Assembly: GCA_965238005.1 (NCBI GenBank)
Contig: OZ250165.1
Span: forward strand, 4,775,170 to 4,839,169
Source of the DNA: Longimicrobiales bacterium
GTDB lineage: Bacteria; Gemmatimonadota; Gemmatimonadetes; Longimicrobiales; Gaopeijiaceae
Direction: 5' to 3'
DNA length: 64,000 bases
Position numbers and translations under genes: made by a program. Below, piece by piece: positions 60,148 to 64,000 of the stretch. Within the stretch, counting starts at the first letter, position 1; each line of letters begins with the position of its first letter. The notes beneath the pieces were generated by a model. The model was not told the DNA's origin, did not search any database, and worked only from the letters and a program-made list of their open reading frames with translations.

Positions 60148-61083
60148 TCAAAACAGACCCCCCGAAAGCCGGGTCGAACGCCACACCGTGAAGCCGTCGA
60201 TCATCGCTTCCGAGGGCGCGGTCGGGAGCGCGGCCCTGAGCTCGGCGAGCCGGGCCAGGCAGCCCCGGAGGCTGCCGTGCTCTTCGATCACGCTCTCGTC
60301 CCTGCCGCGGATGGCCTGTTCGATCCGTTCGATCTCGCGGCGGATCCGACGGCCGGTCGCGGACGCCTGCGAGCGGCTGGGGGGCCGGGTCGGGTCGGTC
60401 CAGTTGCCGAGGACCTTCTCCGCCCGCTCGAACTCGCTGTCGGTGCGAACGACGGCGGCGGCCTCGACCGGCCGGCCCCGCTCCCTGAGCTCTTCCCAGA
60501 GTTCCCGGTGGGCGCGGCCCCAGGAGTGGAAGCCCGTGGCGGTCTCGTGGCCCGGATCGGCGTAGACGAACACCGCGCCCCCCACGTCGAGGGCGACGGG
60601 CAGCTTGAGGGGGAAGTAGCGCCGGGTCTCGCCCGCGGCGCCCCGGTACACGCGCACGGGCAGGGTCCGGCGGTCGATGCCCAGCGCCTCGAACGCGCCG
60701 ACCTTCTCGGGCTCGGTCGGGAGCCACGCCTGGCCGGTGTGGCCTGTCACGTAGTCGAGGGAGAGCAGACGGCGCATCAGCACCTCGGGGGACGCGATCC
60801 GGCGGTGGCGGATGTCCTCGACTCCGAGCGCGCGATAGATGGCGCGCGCCGAGATCCGGCAGACCCTCCGGCCTTCAAGCGTGTCCTCGGCCCCCAGTCT
60901 CCGGTCCAGGATGTCCCGGACGAAGTGGCGCGCCGTGTGGCGGTGGATCCCGAGCCAGTCGCAGATCTGATCTCGGGTGAACACGCCGCTGTGCAGGCAC
61001 GCGAGCGCGATCCACTCGGCCTTGCGGTCCGTCCAGCCGAACGCTTCGAGCGCCTTCTCCCGGCCCTTGAGATGTGCGATCAT
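60148..61083 (-). CDS. Conserved ICE protein with an N-terminal winged-helix-like region
   Basis: LACLHSGVFTRDQI, RHRR, LLSLDYV, WLPTEPEK, RYFPLKLP; overlaps the virB8 stop. Confidence 0.65.
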   Translation of the reverse strand: MIAHLKGREKALEAFGWTDRKAEWIALACLHSGVFTRDQICDWLGIHRHTARHFVRDILDRRLGAEDTLEGRRVCRISARAIYRALGVEDIRHRRIASPEVLMRRLLSLDYVTGHTGQAWLPTEPEKVGAFEALGIDRRTLPVRVYRGAAGETRRYFPLKLPVALDVGGAVFVYADPGHETATGFHSWGRAHRELWEELRERGRPVEAAAVVRTDSEFERAEKVLGNWTDPTRPPSRSQASATGRRIRREIERIEQAIRGRDESVIEEHGSLRGCLARLAELRAALPTAPSEAMIDGFTVWRSTRLSGGLF

Positions 61084-61757
61084 GGCTCCTGCCCGGTCAC
61101 GAGCGCCTGGTCGGCTTGCAGGTAGGTGACGAGGATGCCCATCGGGTTGTGGATGACGAGCTCGGGAGGGATGGACCTGAGGAACTCGAACCGGAGCGTG
61201 AGCGACCAGCGCTCGCGCCGGATCTCCTGTCCGTCGCGCAAATGCACCAGATCGAAGTCGGCCGTCGCGCCGTGGGGCGGTTCGGGAGAGGGATGGATGC
61301 GGAGCACGACCTGCTCGACCTGGAGCTCGGTGTCGGCGGTGCCGGCCGCCACGCTTGCGACCTCCGCGCCGTCCCTCTGGAACGCGGCGTTCGCGAGTTC
61401 GGTCGACAGGAACCGAAGGCTCCGGGTCCACTGCTCCTCGACGGTCGCGCGGCGGCGCGAGTGGAAGTCGCCGACGAACCGGTGGAGGAAGTACTTGGTC
61501 GTGGGATCGAGCGGATCGGCCTGGGCGGTTGCGGCCTCGTAGGCGAGCGCCTCGGCGCGGCCGACCTCGTCTACGCGGACCACGATGGGACGCGGCGGCT
61601 CGGCGCCCGCGATCCGCAGCAGGATCACGGCGAGCAGGACGCAGCTCGCGGCAAGCAGGATCGCGAGCGTCCGGAGCCTCCGGTTCGCGTGGACCGCCTC
61701 GCCCCAGATCTCGGCGTACTCGCGGCCCGCATCACGGTCTCGTTTCATTGGCGGCAT
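61080..61757 (-). CDS. VirB8/TrbF-like protein
   Basis: Single TM, VVRVDEVGRA, C-terminal NPMGILVT. Confidence 0.9.
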   Translation of the reverse strand: MPPMKRDRDAGREYAEIWGEAVHANRRLRTLAILLAASCVLLAVILLRIAGAEPPRPIVVRVDEVGRAEALAYEAATAQADPLDPTTKYFLHRFVGDFHSRRRATVEEQWTRSLRFLSTELANAAFQRDGAEVASVAAGTADTELQVEQVVLRIHPSPEPPHGATADFDLVHLRDGQEIRRERWSLTLRFEFLRSIPPELVIHNPMGILVTYLQADQALVTGQEP

Positions 61758-61769
61758 CTCCTCAGGATT

Positions 61770-62759
61770 TCAGACGGGTGGCTTGGCGGGGGCCGCGGCG
61801 CGGCTGGCTCCCTGCATGGCGAGCGCGACGAACCCGGACCCGGCGGAGCCGGAGCCGGACACGAGCATCGAGGCGAGTTCGCCGACCTTGAGTCCGGCCA
61901 TGAGGCCGCACACGACGAGCGGGAGCAGCACAACGGCCCAGAGCCAGAGCTCGGCCGGGTCGGCCGTGCCCGTGCCCATGAGCGCATCGGCGTAGGTCGT
62001 GATGTAGCCCAATCCGACGCCCATGAAGACGCGGAGCACGGCGCCGGCCACGACGCCGTAGAGCGTGTAGACCATGAGGGACCGGAACCATCCCCAGAAC
62101 AGGAACGCGAGCGGCTCGAACAAGAGGAAGGCGATGAACACGGGTCCGAGCAGGATCACGATGGCGATCGCGACCTGCGCCCATATGACCTGCGCATAGG
62201 TGATGCAGAAGAGCGCCAGCAGGCAGAACACGAGCGAGGCGCCCATCACCAGCGTCACGAACGAGGAGAAGATCACGCTCACGCCCGCCGTCATGATCGA
62301 CAGCAGGTTCCCGCCCGACCACGCGCCGCCCAGATGCGCGGCGTACGCTTGCACGAGCGCCGTCATCTCGGTGTAGCCGGCCGACACCACGTCGGAGATG
62401 AACAGGTTCTGGAGCCAGATCCCCCCTCCCGCCACCATGGCCGGGAACGTGAGTCCCACTCCGGGGATCGGGACGATGTAGTAGTGGAGCAGCGTGCGGG
62501 GGATCGCGATCCCGATCACGAGCCGAATGACCTGCCACGGCTCGAAGGTGCCGCTGAACGCGATCTTGAGACCCGTCCAGGCGACCATCACGGCGGCGAG
62601 CCCGCCCCAGAGCTGGAGCCCGAGCGTATGCACGTCGGGCGCGGCGGCGCCGACGACGGTATCGAGCACCACGTCCAGGAAGCTCTTGAAGTCCTGGAGC
62701 TGGTCGTTGGGGATCTGCGCCGGAACGTTCGGGTCGATGGACTGCGGAGGGAGTTGCAT
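61770..62759 (-). CDS. VirB6/TrbL-like protein
   Basis: Polytopic membrane protein with LLGPVFIAF..LFWGW and a Gly/Ser tail. Confidence 0.88.
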   Translation of the reverse strand: MQLPPQSIDPNVPAQIPNDQLQDFKSFLDVVLDTVVGAAAPDVHTLGLQLWGGLAAVMVAWTGLKIAFSGTFEPWQVIRLVIGIAIPRTLLHYYIVPIPGVGLTFPAMVAGGGIWLQNLFISDVVSAGYTEMTALVQAYAAHLGGAWSGGNLLSIMTAGVSVIFSSFVTLVMGASLVFCLLALFCITYAQVIWAQVAIAIVILLGPVFIAFLLFEPLAFLFWGWFRSLMVYTLYGVVAGAVLRVFMGVGLGYITTYADALMGTGTADPAELWLWAVVLLPLVVCGLMAGLKVGELASMLVSGSGSAGSGFVALAMQGASRAAAPAKPPV

Positions 62760-62777
62760 TGCGAACGCTCCCCTCGC

Positions 62778-63687
62778 CTAGCGGCCCGTGTAGAACGACG
62801 GGATCCGGAACAGCAGCCCATCCCGGAGCGCGTCCCGATTGCGGGACGCGGCGGTGCGCATCGTCTCGGCAAAAGCGTTCGCGCGGATCCGGCTCTCGCG
62901 CCACTCGGCAAGGTGCTCGAGCCGTGCGAGTTCGGCCTGCCGCAGGCGGCTCGCCTGCTCGACCGCCTGGTGGGCCATCACCTGGCCGAGCGCCGCGTTG
63001 ATCCGGCCCTGGCTCAGAGAGGCCGCCACACCGGCCTGCTGGAGCGCCGTGTTCGAGAGATTGCCGTTCGCGGCGAGGCCGGCGAACGAGCCTTGCGAGC
63101 TCTCGATCACCTCGGCGAGCGCGGCCGCCGCGTCGAGCGTCGCGTAGTCGAGCACGCGCTGCCGGTCGGCCGCCTCCCGGGACTGGCGGTAGGCCTCCAG
63201 CGGCGCGCGTCGCGGCCTCGGGCGGATGGTCGCGGAACAGCGCGAGGATGTCGGCCTCGCCCACCCGGTCGGCCGTGCTTTGCGCGCTGCGCCACAGTCC
63301 GGTGAGCGAGCGGCCACCGCCCAGATCCCGGACGGCATCGACCGTCTCGCGGGCCGCGCCGCTGAAGTCGGATCCCCACGCAAGTCCGTTCCTCACGAGG
63401 CCCACGGGTTCGGCCGCAAGATCGGAGAACGGCGCGAGCAGCGCGTCGACCTCGCCGCGCGCGGCGCGCCTCATGTGGTCGAGCTGGTTCTCGAGCTCCG
63501 TGAGCTGGCGGGTCATCGCCCGCACCTGGCGGACCTGGTTCCGGATCTGGGTGATCTGGTTGGCGATCATCTGGGCGCGCTGGATCACGCCGCCGAGGCC
63601 GAGGCCGAACTGCGCGCTCGCCGGCGTAGTGCTCACGAGCAGTAGAAGCGGAATGAAGAGGGCGGTGGCGAGTGTGCGGTAGCGCAT
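62778..63687 (-). pseudogene. VirB5/TrbJ-like protein with a 1-nt frameshift near 63200
   Basis: Signal peptide (PASA-QF), QMIANQITQIRNQ; the frame switches from ..EAATRA to LEAYRQSRE. Confidence 0.75.
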
Positions 63688-63706
63688 GACGGTGTTCTCC
63701 TTGGGG

Positions 63707-64000
63707 TCAGTGGATCGGCGTTGTCCCGGGCGTCGGGACCAGGACATCGGAGGTGAGCCAGATGCGCAGGCGGTGGCCGGCGCGGATCGTGATGGCGGGC
63801 ATCCGGTTCAGGAACCGGTCGAGGACCGAGGTGGCGCTCTGGCCGAGTCCCTGCCCGACGCCGGCCTGGAGTCCGTAGGGCGAGGCTCCGGCCAGCGTGA
63901 GGCCGCTCAGCGCGCCGACGGCGCCGGCGGCCGCGAACGTCGAGAGGTAGTGGCGGCTCACCTGGTCCCGTAGCGCGCCCTCGCCCGCCTGGTCGAGCCC
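63707..64000 (-). CDS. VirB10/TrbI-like protein, C-terminal part
   Basis: GLDQAGEGALRDQVSRHY..RFLNRMPAITIRAGHRLRIWLTSD; the 5' part is outside the window. Confidence 0.88.
   Translation of the reverse strand, partial: GLDQAGEGALRDQVSRHYLSTFAAAGAVGALSGLTLAGASPYGLQAGVGQGLGQSATSVLDRFLNRMPAITIRAGHRLRIWLTSDVLVPTPGTTPIH

Larger units (their letters stand above)
52683..64000 (-). mobile_element. Integrative conjugative element (partial; continues beyond the window)
   Basis: Co-oriented integrase, HTH, ArdC and T4SS genes. The left boundary is inferred from the mbeC truncation. Confidence 0.8.

Noticed and set aside
61762..63747. 661-aa ORF
   Set aside because: Only the first ~160 codons from 63687 look real; the rest is off-frame after the frameshift.

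Overview
High-GC bacterial chromosome segment. The gene families present (a Ser/Thr kinase N-terminus, a TolB-like/TPR protein, FN3 autotransporters) suggest Gemmatimonadota, possibly host-associated; this is inference. The window has three zones. (1) 1-10.3 kb is core genome: pckA, maeB, an Omp85-family protein, a sigma-70 factor, an outer-membrane barrel and ssb. (2) About 10.4-49.5 kb is a heavily eroded accessory region. A few intact genes (DinB, flotillin/NfeD-like pair, 7xFN3 autotransporter, TPR protein, SGNH esterase, BrnT-type toxin-antitoxin) sit among IS3, IS110/IS1111, IS1380, IS1595 (two, both with passenger genes), IS481 and IS256 elements, two MITEs and many short gene fragments. 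Several fragments are diverged copies of the integrase and toxin-antitoxin genes at 48-54 kb. (3) 49.5-64 kb is a composite mobile element. A P4-type integrase is followed by a ColE1-like mbeC-mbeA(mbeB,mbeD) mobilisation module. mbeC is cut off by a second element, an ICE with its own tyrosine integrase, ArdC, VirB11, VirD4, VirB8, VirB6, VirB5 (frameshifted) and VirB10, which runs off the window end. No HUH relaxase of the ICE is visible, but it has two winged-helix/Replic_Relax-like ORFs and a strongly structured intergenic region. I saw no rRNA, tRNA or CRISPR array. All family calls are from recognised motifs, not database searches.
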